Part shown: positions 41,331 to 53,797 of the stretch, in pieces
How positions within the stretch are numbered: the first letter of the stretch is position 1
Layout: each line of letters opens with the position of its first letter
Notes under the pieces: generated by a model
Told to the model about the DNA's origin: nothing
Databases searched by the model: none
Seen by the model: only the letters and a program-made list of their open reading frames with translations
Program-made: the position numbers and the translations under genes
DNA from: Octopus sinensis
Taxonomy: Eukaryota
Direction: 5' to 3'
Length of the DNA: 64,000 nucleotides
NCBI RefSeq assembly: GCF_006345805.1
Contig: NC_043007.1
Location: 46,128,001 to 46,192,000 of the forward strand

Positions 41331-42329
41331 ATGTACACATACATACATACATACGTACATACAAACATGCATACATACATACAAACATACATACAAACAT
41401 ACATACATACGTACGTACATACGTAAGGTAGATGAAGAAATAAGTATTAGAACGCCAAGTACGAAATTTGTACTTAGGTATATTGTAAATTTTGACAGCT
41501 TCTCATTTCGCGAAATTATTATATTTTGAAAATCTTTATTTTTTGTTAGAAAGTTGACATATATATTTCTTTTTCTAACTAATTTTGCGCAATCAGACTC
41601 TGTAACTGAAGGTCACTCCGGTAGGGTACATTCTCCTTATGCCAAAAGTTCTATTTCCTTTATCATAAAAAATTACTGTGTGGAAGAAAAGTGTATCGAG
41701 CATATTATGGTTGTTAGGTTTCTAGTGGTCATATTTTGCTTTCCACCCCAGTTTAGGGAAGCATTTTCAATATAGGATATTATGGATATTCTACTCACCA
41801 TATTTTATATTGAAAATTAAGGAGGAATTTTCTAAGATTGAATGTTCGTCTGTGACATGTTCTTCTCTATCATCCAAGCTTCTTACAAAAAAGATAATTC
41901 CTTAAGCCTTCTTCGTTTTAAAAATTTTCTCAATGTACCCTCTAATTGTTTTTAATTATTTATCCATTATTTGTTTAATGTATGTGTGCACGTGTGCTTC
42001 TCAATGTGTCTATGTATAAAAGGAGGAAATACAGGGGACTTGTACACTTCATTCATTATCTTTATTATTAGTACAGTTAAAGCTTTAGTAGTGCTAATAT
42101 CTTTATAATTATTACTAATGTTAGTACACATACGAACTAATTGTTGACTTTCAGTCTAATACTGCCATTCCTGCTATTGCGTTGAGGCTGCTCCGGCCAG
42201 CACAACGGATAGAAGTATACGATATTGAATAGGAACTGCATTGCATATAGTTATTCGTCTGATAAAGAATCTGGGTTTTATAATGCTGCGAAGCTAAATG
42301 GAAAAGAGATGCAAGGAGCTGACCCATAA

Positions 42330-42640
42330 ATATGTGGCAGTAGAAGTGGTGAGAACAGCCCACTAGATGTTAACTGGCTGGCCAAATGAGTAGTACACAA
42401 CACCGAGGCTGAATCAAACAGCAGAGATGAACCTAAAACATATATTGGGGCAACAGAATTCACATCCTCAAATCCTAATAACAAGCTCAAGCATTCGTTT
42501 TTCAGTTCTAATAGAAAGTATCGAAGTTTATAAGATTCTTGCTTGATACAAAATCTCATGAATTCGAAATTACCTGCTCATTTCTAGTGCACAAACCATG
42601 CAAGAATGGAAGCTTCAAATCAATAGGCGGTTACAATTTG
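42330..42640 (+). mobile_element. Penelope-like element, GIY-YIG fragment
   Basis: SPLDVNWLAK*VVHNTEAESNSRDEPKTYIGATE...KLKHSF...RKYR and EFEITCSFLVHKPCKNGS match the PLE CPL.G.CL...V.Y.A......K.YIG.TE motif. Confidence 0.65.
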
Positions 42641-43860
42641 AACAAAACAACTGAACAGTTAGTACCTTGCAGGCCCGGAGCAAAGTATCTTTTATGTAGG
42701 TACAAATCTCGAATTTCGTACCGGTTCAAGAAAAAAATAAAAAACAAAAAAAGCTTTGGTTTCGGTACGGTTAACCTTTTTATTGGTCTATATCTTAATG
42801 TGAGTGGGTGCCTTTCTATATCGGTGTATATGTCGGCTTATATAATTCTCTGTAAATATGTCCGCATGAGTGTACGTATGTTTATATGTTGCTCGGGCGC
42901 ATGCAAAATGATCACGCTCATACACATACATTGTTGTTTTTTAAAGCGTTATTTAAGCAAAAATGCAATTTTATTAGTGAAATTATTGGAGTGACTTCGA
43001 ACGTATGAATGTAGAAATGTTTATAAGATCAACTCGAGAACAAGAAATGAAAAGAAGTGAGTTTCAAGGAGTCATTTCACTCACAAACGGTATTGAACAA
43101 AAGAACAAAATGATAGGCATTTCTATCAAATTTTCATTCCTTTTTTAGAAAATGTTCAAACGCTGAATATTTCGGAAGAAAAGTACATTCATCGGATGAG
43201 CGGAAACGACTACCACTGAGCATTGAAAATTAGAGCCTTTGAGGTTTAATGTAAGCATATATGTATGTATGTGTCTGTGTGTGTGTGCGCGTGTGTCTGT
43301 GTGTGTCTGTGTGTGCGTGTGTGTGTGCGTGTGTGTGTATGTGTGTGTGTATATATGTATATAACTGAGATTCAGTTGAATTAGGTACTTAAGTTTAAGC
43401 ACCAAAAATTAGTGCGGTATTATCCGTACAACTCAAAATAGTCAAGTAAATTCTAAGCTTAAGTGGTGGCAACATGGACTTTGCCTATCTTTTTACACGA
43501 CTAGAGTATTTAAGTAATATAATGTTAATGTGTCCGACTGATTAAAATATTCTATTCATTTATTTATGCAACTGAGGATAGCCCTGTATTTAAATTACTA
43601 TAATGATTGCATTGTTCCATTAAATGGAACCGCTTAAAACGGTCGTACTGCCGTGCTGCATCACCTCTGGATATCCTGTTGATTATTTTGGTTATATATA
43701 TACGTGTGTGTGTGTGTGTATGTGCATGAATGTATATGTATGTATATATAATACGTAAAATATATGCTCATATATAGACAGATATATATATTTATATATA
43801 TATATACATATATATACGTGGCAAGTATACTCCACGATGTCGCTCCGAGATTTATTATTG

Positions 43861-43933
<73 letters not shown>

Positions 43934-43935
43934 TA

Positions 43936-44812
43936 GGTCTGATCAATAAGTATAAGAACAGTTGCCATAATAATGAAGCTAAAGCACGCAGTGTGAAGCA
44001 GCTTAGCACAAATTGCCCATTAACTCCCCTATGAAGGTGCAAACGCACTAAGTATTAATGTTCTTGCCCATATCCGCTGTTTACACCACTGCTGGAAAGG
44101 TGTGTAGCGCGTGATTTTCGCATTGACCACGACAGGGAATCTTGTCCTGGCGGTACCTGCTTTGAGGCGGATGCAAAGTTGCATAAAGTATATGGAGAGG
44201 ACTGTATGAGCCGTACACAAGTGTACGAGTCGTTCAGACTTTTATAAGATTGCCGAAAAAGGGTAAATATTGACGAACGCACAACCAGCAGAACTGAGAG
44301 AACATCTCAGGTGTGCGTGCAGCTGTGAGGGGAAATCGTCGAATCACCATGAGTTATCAGAGTATGCGCAGATTAGTTACGGTTGAGTTCAGTGCGTCAT
44401 CAAAGAAATTTTCGGCATGAGACGCATGTCTGCCAAGTTTGTGCGAAAACTGCTTTCAGCTGAGGTAAAAGTCACTCAGATATCAGTTGTACAAGATCTC
44501 TTTGATTATGTCGAGAACGATGAAAACTTTTTGAAAAGTTTGCGTAGGCCTTTGAACAGATATCGCCAAGCTTTTGGCAAAATGTTATGCAGATGCTCTG
44601 CTCATGTTTCTGTCATGTTCAATGCCACGATCACAGGTTACTCACCTTCATTCCAAGTACAGTTGTAAACAACAGGAATGAGGTAAAATTTTAATACTTA
44701 CTGCGCTTGCACAATAGAGATCAACAAAAATTTGTGCCGAACAGCTTTACTGTGCGTACTTTAGCTTCGTTATAATGGCGACAGTCCGCATACTTATTTA
44801 TCAGAATATATA
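43936..44812 (+). mobile_element. Internally deleted mariner with ~80-bp TIRs
   Basis: TIR gtctgatcaataagtat...aatgaagctaaagcacgcagtgtgaagcagcttagcacaaatt is mirrored at 44727-44812. Reads KVYGEDCMSRTQVYE...GMRRMSAKFVRKLL...ENDENFLK. Confidence 0.85.
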
Positions 44813-44854
44813 TATATGTATAAAGGTGTGTGTGTATGTGTGTGTGTACAGAGA

Positions 44855-44895
<41 letters not shown>

Positions 44896-45055
44896 TCAGT
44901 GGTAGCTGCACAGAGAGATTGGCAGATATATATTAAATTTAGATAAACTACAAGATAGAGATGCATAGATATGCGTGTATGTGTGTAGTGTGTGTTCTTT
45001 ATCTGCATGTATGCGTGTTTCTCTCTCTCTCTCTCTGTGTGCGTGTGTGTGCGTA

Positions 45056-45095
<40 letters not shown>

Positions 45096-45304
45096 TTTGT
45101 ATGTATATTCAGATCGAGGAGCAGGAAAGAGTACTGAGCTAATTAGAATTCATATAGCAGAAGCTAAAACTTCATTATGATAGTCGCAACACATTTTGAA
45201 TCAGTATGTTTATACTTATAGAGCACTAAGGGAAAATAATTAAATACAATACCAATTACCGCCTGGTCTTCTATTCATCTTCAATAAATGTACACTCAGA
45301 ATTC

Positions 45305-45540
45305 TCATTTCTTTATTGCCCACAAGGAGCTAAACATAGAGGGGACAAACAAGGACAGACAAAAGGATGAAGTAGATTACATCGACGCCAGTGCGCAACT
45401 GGTACTTAGTTTATCGACCCCGAAAGGATGAAAGGCAACGTCAACCTCGACGGAATTTGAACTCAAAACATAACGGCAGACGAAATACCACTAAGCGTTT
45501 CGCCCGGCGTGCTAACGTTTCTGTCATGTCACCGCCTTAT
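45305..45540 (-). mobile_element. SINE family B, full length with Tx1-like tail
   Basis: Reverse complement aaggcggtgacatgacagaaacgttagcacgccgggcgaaacgcttagtggtatttcgtctgccg...tttagctccttgtgggcaataaagaaatg. Confidence 0.9.
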
Positions 45541-45992
45541 GTACACTCAGAATTATATACTGAACTAAAGAATGGAAGTTTTAAACTCTGTCACATCTTT
45601 AATATGTGTGCTAATTTCATGAATTTCATAGGAATTTTGGCTATAAAATCAGGAAATTGAGTCTAAGGCAGAATAAAAGAAAATTAATCTAATTGGACTA
45701 TATTTTTTTTATTTAAGGTGACGCAGAGTCACATTTGTAGTTTTGTGGGTGTAAAAATATGTTGTAAAGCAAAAAACGTCGAATAGAGAATAAAATACAA
45801 TTTACCTATTTTCCCTAACTAATTACACCAAAGACATCTGATCTAAAGCGAAAAACGACGAACATTAATTTTTTTTATCTTTTGAAGAGAAGTATAACTA
45901 TAACTTCATAATAGTCTGCCAACATGTTTCCCGCATGATATACCTTCATATACATACATATATACATACATACATACAAACAATCATACATG

Positions 45993-46068
<76 letters not shown>

Positions 46069-46230
46069 ATATATATATATATATATTTATATATAGAGGG
46101 CATTATACATACATGCCAGAAGGCATTATACATACATGCCACACGCTAAGAGGGACAATTAGTCATTTCTACCAAAAATATTACTAATCACACCGAATGC
46201 AATTTTTCAAAGTAAGACATTTAAAAAGAT

Positions 46231-46278
46231 AGACCTGTATCACAGTGATTTCATACTTACGTATTCATCAGCAGGCCT
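46231..46278 (-). ncRNA. Type I hammerhead ribozyme (copy 1)
   Basis: Exact reverse complement of 47009-47056. Confidence 0.85.
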
Positions 46279-47008
46279 GAATGTATTATAAATAAACAAC
46301 GACCCTGCCCCGCTTAAGCCGATCAGCTAACTGATCAACATCAACGAAGCACATGGGTGAGTTTACATATATTACATCCGGATAAATGGCAAACTTTTAC
46401 GAATTGCATTTCGGGAGAGGAAAGTTTTTTCGGAATAAAAATTTAGCAATTAAGGACAACTACTTAATAAGGAAAACTTAACAAGAAATTGTCAGGTAGA
46501 TAGCGTGAAAACCTCATAAGAGAAAAAATTTCGAAAATAATTATTTCTTATTGAACATATTAATTTATATATAGAGGGCATTATACATACATGCCAGAAG
46601 GCATTATACATACATGCCACACGCTAAGAGGGACAATTAGTCATTTCTACCAAAAATATTACTAATGTGTGGCATGTATGTATAATGCCTTCTGGCATGT
46701 ATGTATAATGCCCTCTATATATAAATTAATATGTTCAATAAGAAATAATTATTTTCGAAAGTTTTTCTCTTATGAGGTTTTCACGCTATCTACCTGACAT
46801 TTCTTGTTAAGTTTTCCTTATTAAGTAGTTGTCCTTAATTGCTAAATTTTTATTCCGAAAAAACTTTTCCTCTCCCGAAATGCAATTCGTAAAAGTTTGC
46901 CATTTATCGGATGTAATATATGTAAACTCACCATGTGCTTCGTTGATGTTGATCAGTTAGCTGATCGGCTTAAGCGGGGCAGGGTCGTTGTTTATTTATA
47001 ATACATTC

Positions 47009-47056
47009 AGGCCTGCTGATGAATACGTAAGTATGAAATCACTGTGATACAGGTCT
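47009..47056 (+). ncRNA. Type I hammerhead ribozyme (copy 2)
   Basis: aggcctg CTGATGA atac-gtaa-gtat GAAA tca-ctg-tga TA caggtct. Stem I is 7 bp (one G-U), stem II is 4 bp with a GNRA loop, stem III is 4 bp. Predicted cleavage is after AUA at 47049. Confidence 0.85.
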
Positions 47057-47484
47057 ATCTTTTTAAATGTCTTACTTTGAAAAATTGCATTCGGTGGGAT
47101 TAGTAATATTTTTGGTAGAAATGACTAATTGTCCCTCTTAGCGTGTGGCATGTATGTATAATGCCTTCTGGCATGTATGTATATGTCCTCTATATATAAA
47201 TTAATATGTTCAATAAGAAATAATTATTTTCGAAATTTTTTCTCTTATGAGGTTTTCACGCTATCTACCTGACATTTCTTGTTAAGTTTTCCTTATTAAG
47301 TAGTTGTCCTTAATTGCTAAATTTTTATTCGAAAAAACTTTTCCTCTCCCGAAATGCAATTCGTAAAAGTTTGCCATTTATCCGGATGTAATATATGTAA
47401 ACTCACCCATGTGCTTCGTTGATGTTGATCAGTTAGCTGATCGGCTTAAGCGGGGCAGGGTCGTTGTTTATTTATAATACATTC

Positions 47485-47532
47485 AGGCCTGCTGATGAAT
47501 ACGTAAGTATGAAATCACTGTGATACAGGTCT
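47485..47532 (+). ncRNA. Type I hammerhead ribozyme (copy 3)
   Basis: Identical to 47009-47056. Predicted cleavage after 47525. Confidence 0.85.
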
Positions 47533-47805
47533 ATCTTTTTAAATGTCTTACTTTGAAAAATTGCATTCGGTGGGATTAGTAATATTTTTGGTAGAAATGA
47601 CTAATTGTCCCTCTTAGCGTGTGGCATGTATGTATAATGCCTTCTGGCATGTATGTATAATGCCCTCTATATATAAATTAATATGTTCAATAAGAAATAA
47701 TTATTTTCGAAATTTTTTTCTTATGAGGTTTTCACGCTATCTACCTGACAATTTCTTGTTAAGTTTTCCTTATTAAGTAGTTGTCCTTAATTGCTAAATA
47801 TATAT

Positions 47806-47837
<32 letters not shown>

Positions 47838-47898
47838 TATATATATATATATATATTATATATATATATAAATAAATAAATATATATATATATATATA

Positions 47899-49131
47899 CA
47901 AGGGTTGGATAAACTAATGGATACAACTTAAAATTTCAAATAAATTAATTTTAATATGGGGTAGGTCCGCCTTTGGCAGTAATTACAGCTTGAATTCTAC
48001 GAGTTATGGACTCGTACAAGGTTTGAACTTTTTCCAAAGGAATTTGTGTCCATACTTCAGCTAAAATAGTCTCCCGTTCTTGTAGTGATGATGGTGGAGG
48101 ATATCAACTCGTTACTTGTTTTTCTAAAATGCACCATAAATGGTCAATAATATTGAGATCTGGGGACTGTGGTGGCCAGCTAAGATGTTCAACTTCACGA
48201 GAATGTTCCTCGTGCCATTTAGTAACAAATTTAGCCGGGTGAATTGGTGCATTATCATCCTGAAAGACTGCGTTTCCCTCCGGCAACAGTTCCGCAAATA
48301 TAGGATAAATTTGATCAGCTGCTTAAATAGTCTTGACTATTAATTCCACCTTGAAGGGAAACCATTGGGCCGACGGATTTCCTACCCAGATCATCACACA
48401 TCCTCTTCCAATTTTAACAGTTCGAAGGTAGTCTGGGTCAAATGCTTCATTTGGCTGTTACCACACTCGACCGGTGGTCGGAAATAAAGTAAAGGAGGAC
48501 TAGTCCAAGAAAATAACATTCTTCAACTGCTCTGGGGACCAATTCTGTAGGTTTTTACTCAACTCTAAACGTTTGTTTTTGAAGGTAGTGGTTTTATGAT
48601 TGCAGAACTCCTGCGAAATCCGACTTTATGGAGCTCCCGGCGAACAGTTTTAGTGGAAACTGTGTTCTCGATGTGGTCAATATACTCTGCAGCAATTTTG
48701 GGTGCTGTACTGTTTTGATCCTTTCTAAAAAATCACGGGTCTCTATTTCAAAGTTTTGGCTTTCATTCGGAGTTTTGTTTCGATGAGGAAGTCTTTCCTT
48801 CTTTCTCAAAGGCTGTTATTACTTTCGAAAGAGGGATAGTACGTCTTGATACACTAAACATTTCGGCTGTTCTGGTTACGGTAGTGCCTGTCATATGAGC
48901 ACCAACAATTTGACCTCAATGAAAGTCCGATTGATCTGTAATTTTAATCAATTTTAATTACTTTATCCAAATGATATCTGAAAAGAAACAGCAATTTTTG
49001 CAAAACATGTTACGCAACACAAACAATGATTCAAAAAGCATAAAAATAAGCAAGCTTTTGATAGTTTTATAGATATTTTAAAATTATGATGCTATTATGC
49101 TATGTGTTTCCATTATTTTGCCCAACCTCTG
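47899..49131 (-). mobile_element. Tc1 (DD34E-type) transposon, near full length, inactivated
   Basis: TA-flanked TIRs caagggttggataaactaatgg / ccattattttgcccaacctctg. Minus strand reads FQDDNAPIHPAKFVTKWHEEH...WPPQSPDLNIIDHLWCILEKQV. Same family as 4178-5317. Confidence 0.9.
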
Positions 49132-49623
49132 TATGTATGTATATATATATATAAATATACGCACACTTTCATACATACATAGATGCATGCTCATACATAT
49201 ATAAATACACGCACACACACGTACATACGTATATTTATGTATGTATATATATTTATATATCAATACCTATACATATATATGTGTGTTTATGTGCGCGTGT
49301 GTCTGTAGTTGTGCATGTGTGTATGAGTGTTTGTGCTTGTGGGTGTATTGTGATCGATTCTTTCACAGTTTGAACATTTCATAGAAATGTACGTGGGTGA
49401 TATTATGTAAGCTGTGATATATTTGCGTTTGTCATATTTTAAAATATGCTGATTCGGCAGAATAAACAAGTGTTGAAATGTTTCTATTTCCCAGCTGGGT
49501 ACCAACAAAATGATAATTATGCCAAACAGCATAAGAATAGCAACCATTTGTGTGCAAGAAATTTGCACACCTTATTCCGTAACATGTATAAATGCAGAAG
49601 GAAAAAAATAATATACGAGCAAC

Positions 49624-49701
<78 letters not shown>

Positions 49702-50047
49702 TCTGCTTCAAAAGTGTGTGTGTGTGAGTGTGTAAATATGTATATATATATAAACATACATACATATATATTACATCATTCATACAATGAAAAAACTGTT
49801 GAAAGCTGCTGCAGCTGTGTCTGAATAAACTTAACGGTCTGCAGTTGACTGCATCTGCATTCAATATGATATATTCTTATTTGTCTCTCATATTCATTCT
49901 ATCCTAATATCATGCAAACTTATATGAAAGGAATTATCATATGACCATTAATAAAATATCAGTGACACTTAAATCACCCCAAGGAAGGCGCCATAACGGG
50001 TTTCGGTATGAGGACGAATAAAAACGGTTTCAAACTTCATGGAAGCT

Positions 50048-50256
50048 AAGTCAGCCAACTTGTAGAATCGTTGGCACGTCGGGCAAAGCGCTTCGAAGCA
50101 CCTCTTCCGTCATTACATTGTGAGTTCAAATTCCGACTTGGACATTACCTCTCATTTCAGCGTTATTAAAATAAATGAGCATTGGGGTCGATGTAATCAA
50201 TTATCCCCACCCCGAAAATTACTGGTGCTGTGCCGAATTTTGAAAACAATATTAAT
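50048..50256 (+). mobile_element. SINE family B variant
   Basis: gtagaatcgttggcacgtcgggcaaagcgcttcg...gagttcaaattccgac...ggggtcgatgtaatcaattatcccc...aaaattactggtgctgtgcc. Confidence 0.7.
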
Positions 50257-51107
50257 GGAGTTAAGATGTCGGCAGGTTCAAACTCGAACGAGCGACAGAT
50301 GGAAATTGTCTGCAGTGTTTAGTAATGTACCTTTAATTTCTGACTGATTGTTGTATCCATGCTGATTTTGTGTTAATAATTCTGCTTCGGTGAAATATAT
50401 ATCAGTCAAATTAGTTTGTCTGTTTAATGGACTATCAACCTCCTGCGAAATTTAAACATCTTGTGCTTATGTAAGAAATCAGTAATTTTTTATTTTTATT
50501 ATCAGAGCATGTCGGAATTGTTCAATCGCTAGTGAAAGCGTTTGACAGCAATGAGTTGCGTCTATTTGCGTAACGAATTTTAATTATTGTCTCATGGTAC
50601 AAATGGTTTGCATATGTCAGAGTATATATAGACATTGAGGCCTGCTAAAGAGGCATTCCCAAATCTATAATCCTATGTATATGATAAATATCAACGTGTA
50701 TGACAATGAGCAGATTTTTTTAATGAGTTAGCTAATAGAGCAGGGGACAACTTATTTTGGGATAAACTGGTGGATTTAGTTACTTAATGATACTGAATAT
50801 CAGGTCAGGGTCCAGTAAATGTAAAGGCGTAAATAAAATACGGTCAACCTAAGAAAACTTGTAACCAAATGCCACAAGGTAAGTAGAATATGTGGGACTC
50901 CTTTAACAGCTAGCAATGTTTTATACAACACATTCTCATCTTTGTAAATGTATACGAACAAACGCTTAGGTAGTTCACTCAGCAGTTGAAATGAATTGCA
51001 ACGTCACTGATGCCAGGCTCTATCGGACTTTGCCTTTCCCTTGGATAACATGGATGGCGTAGGAGAAAATGGTTATCCCCATAGTTTTAAAATACAGTTA
51101 AACACAA

Positions 51108-51773
51108 TTTGATAATAAGAAAATGTTTTGTTTAAACAGTTTACATGAAAGAGTTCAAAATAGGTAGTAAAATAAATTTATAATTATTTTAAGTTCATCA
51201 AGAATCATAGTTGTATAGAAGCATATATACAGAAGAAATCATATTTAAATATTTATACAGTATTCCAGGGGAATTCCCAACCTTTCCATCCATCATCTCA
51301 TGTCTCGTAGTGTGTATTAGAGAAATGTTTGCTATTTTTAAAAATAGTGTGGAAGGTTGGTTTGTAGGGGAAAACATTGTGGAATCAAAAGGATATTTTG
51401 TTTCTGTGTTAGTCTGTCATGGTTTAGTTATTTTGGGGATTGGTCTTAGAGTTCACATTGTGTGTGTGTGTGTGTGTGTGACTCCGTGCATGTTTCTATG
51501 TGTTTATATATATATATAAATGTGCTTGTGTTTGTGAGTGGAGTTTTTTTATTGGTCTAGGAGTTCAGTGTAGAGTGTGTTTGGGTCTGTGTATGTGCGT
51601 CTTTCATATTTAGCAGGATGGTGCGTGTATATGTGTGCACTTTTGTGTGTGTGTAGTGTTTGATTTGTATTTGTCAGGGTGCTGTGTGTGCGTATGTCTG
51701 TGTATGTGTTTATTCGTTTGTGTGTATGTGTGTGCGAGTACGTACTGTGCATGTTTGTACTGAGTATGCGTTT

Positions 51774-51813
<40 letters not shown>

Positions 51814-53533
51814 GTGTGTATGTATGTGTATGCGATTTAGTTTTCGGGTGTGTGTGCTATATTTGCTGTGGTGAAGTGTGTGTATGTGTGTACGTGTGAG
51901 TGCAAGTGTGTATGTTATTATGCTGTGTGGTGCGTGCATATGTTCGGGTGTATTATTGTTTGCGCATTGTGTGTATATATGTGGGTGTGTTTGTGTGAGT
52001 GTGTCTCTATGTGTCTTGTATTTGTCAGGGTGGCTTGTGTTACTGTATGTGTGTATGTGTGCTTGTGTATGTGTTTATGCATGTAGGTGTGTGTGTCTCG
52101 GAGTGTTTGTTGTGATAGTTGAGTTTGTATTGTGTGTATGTGTTTTTGTCTTTGAGTGTATCTGTGTCTGATATTTTTACTGGGGAACGGGCATGTTATG
52201 TTTGTGGGTATGTACGTATGTGTGTATATATGCGTGTGTGTGTAGGTGGGGGTGCTGTATTTGTGTGCATGTGTGTGTATTTGTGTATGTATGGGTGTGT
52301 TTGTGCGAAGGTGTCTTGTAATTGTCAGGGCGGTTTGTGTAGGTGTCTGCATGTACGTGTTTACGTATGTGTGTGTGTGCGTGTGTCTGAGTGCTGGTTG
52401 TGTTTGCTAGAATCGTATTGCATATGTATATATGTATGTATATATGTATGTGTATGTGTTGGAGGTTTGCATTGTATTTGTGTGTGCTTTTACATCTGCG
52501 TGTGTTTGTTGTGGATGTGTACCTGGGGGGGGGCATGTTAGAGTAAGTTGGATTGTGGTCTGTACTTTTGAATATATATATTTTCCTTATTTATATGTGT
52601 TTGGTCAGTGGTGTTGTCTGGTCATTGGTACAGTGGGAAAACTAGGAATTTGGGGGACTTGTTTTGTTCACAGAGATCTAATTGTCTACTAAGTGGTATC
52701 TGTCTTGCGGTGGGGCCCCTCAATTTTTGGCGGTGGACTCTCATCTTAACACACACGGACACACACAGGACCCCTGGCAAATACAACATACTCACTCATA
52801 CATACATGCCCACACACATACACATGGACCCTCACAAACATACACACCACCCAGGCAGTTATAACAACACAAACATACTCAGACAGAGACACACACATAC
52901 TCACGTACATGCACATAACATTCCCACCAACACAACACACAGAAACATACACAACACACACTCAGATGCACCCACACGAACAAGCGCATACACACAAACA
53001 CATACACACATGCGCACACATAGCACTCAAACAAATACAGATTACAAACGCACGCACACACTGACACACAGAGAAAAGTGCACATATACACGCACCATCC
53101 TGCTAAATATAAAAGACGCACATACACAAACCCATACACACCCCACACAAAATTCTAAGACCAATCAATAAAAACCTCACACACAAACACAAGCACATAT
53201 ATATATATACACACATATAGAAACGTGCACAGAGTTCCACACACAATTTTGAACACTAAGACCAGTCCCCAAATACACTGAACCATGACAGACTGGTCCA
53301 GAAAAAATTTTTTTGATTCCACAATGCTCTCCCTCACGAACCAACCTCCCACACTATTTCTAAAAATAGCAAACAAGACAAATGACGGATGAAAAGGTTG
53401 GTCATTCCCCTACAATTCTGTATAAATAGTTAAATATGTTCTTGATGAACTTAAAATAATTATAAATCTGTTTTACTACCTATTTTGAACTCTTTCATGT
53501 AAACTGTTAACTTTTTCTTATCATAGTCAAAGA
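51108..53533. repeat. Diverged inverted pair of TG-rich repeat elements (~2.4-kb foldback)
   Basis: aacagtttacatgaaagagttcaaaataggtagtaaaa...ttttaagttcatcaagaa (from ~51133) and later blocks (tgtggaatcaaaa, ttagcaggatggtgcgtgtatatg) are mirrored in 53000-53510. Arms are roughly 75-80% identical by eye; the centre near 52715 has ggggcccc. Confidence 0.8.
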
Positions 53534-53640
53534 TTCTATTTTTTAACATTTTCTCATCATTATCAAAGACTGTATAACGGAATTTTAATACAATTATGAT
53601 AACCACCTTTAAAAGTCGTCTGCATTACCAAACCTTTTTT

Positions 53641-53682
<42 letters not shown>

Positions 53683-53685
53683 CAT

Positions 53686-53750
<65 letters not shown>

Positions 53751-53797
53751 CATACAAATATATATATATATATATATAATATATATATATATATATA

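Larger units (their letters stand above)
46085..47799. mobile_element. Hammerhead-containing tandem repeat (putative non-LTR retrozyme), 476-478-bp unit, head-to-head arrangement
   Basis: About 1.2 units on the minus strand (46085-46666) and about 2.4 units on the plus strand (46667-47799). Period is 478 (46093 vs 46571) and 476 (47049 vs 47525). Non-coding, embedded in (TA)n, one hammerhead per complete unit. Confidence 0.85.

Noticed and set aside
41560-41820. Possible additional PLE fragment
   Set aside because: Similarity to PLE linker motifs is too weak to support.
46098-46143. Short direct repeats as a CRISPR array
   Set aside because: There are only two 22-23-nt copies per unit, no unique spacers, no cas genes, and the context is eukaryotic.
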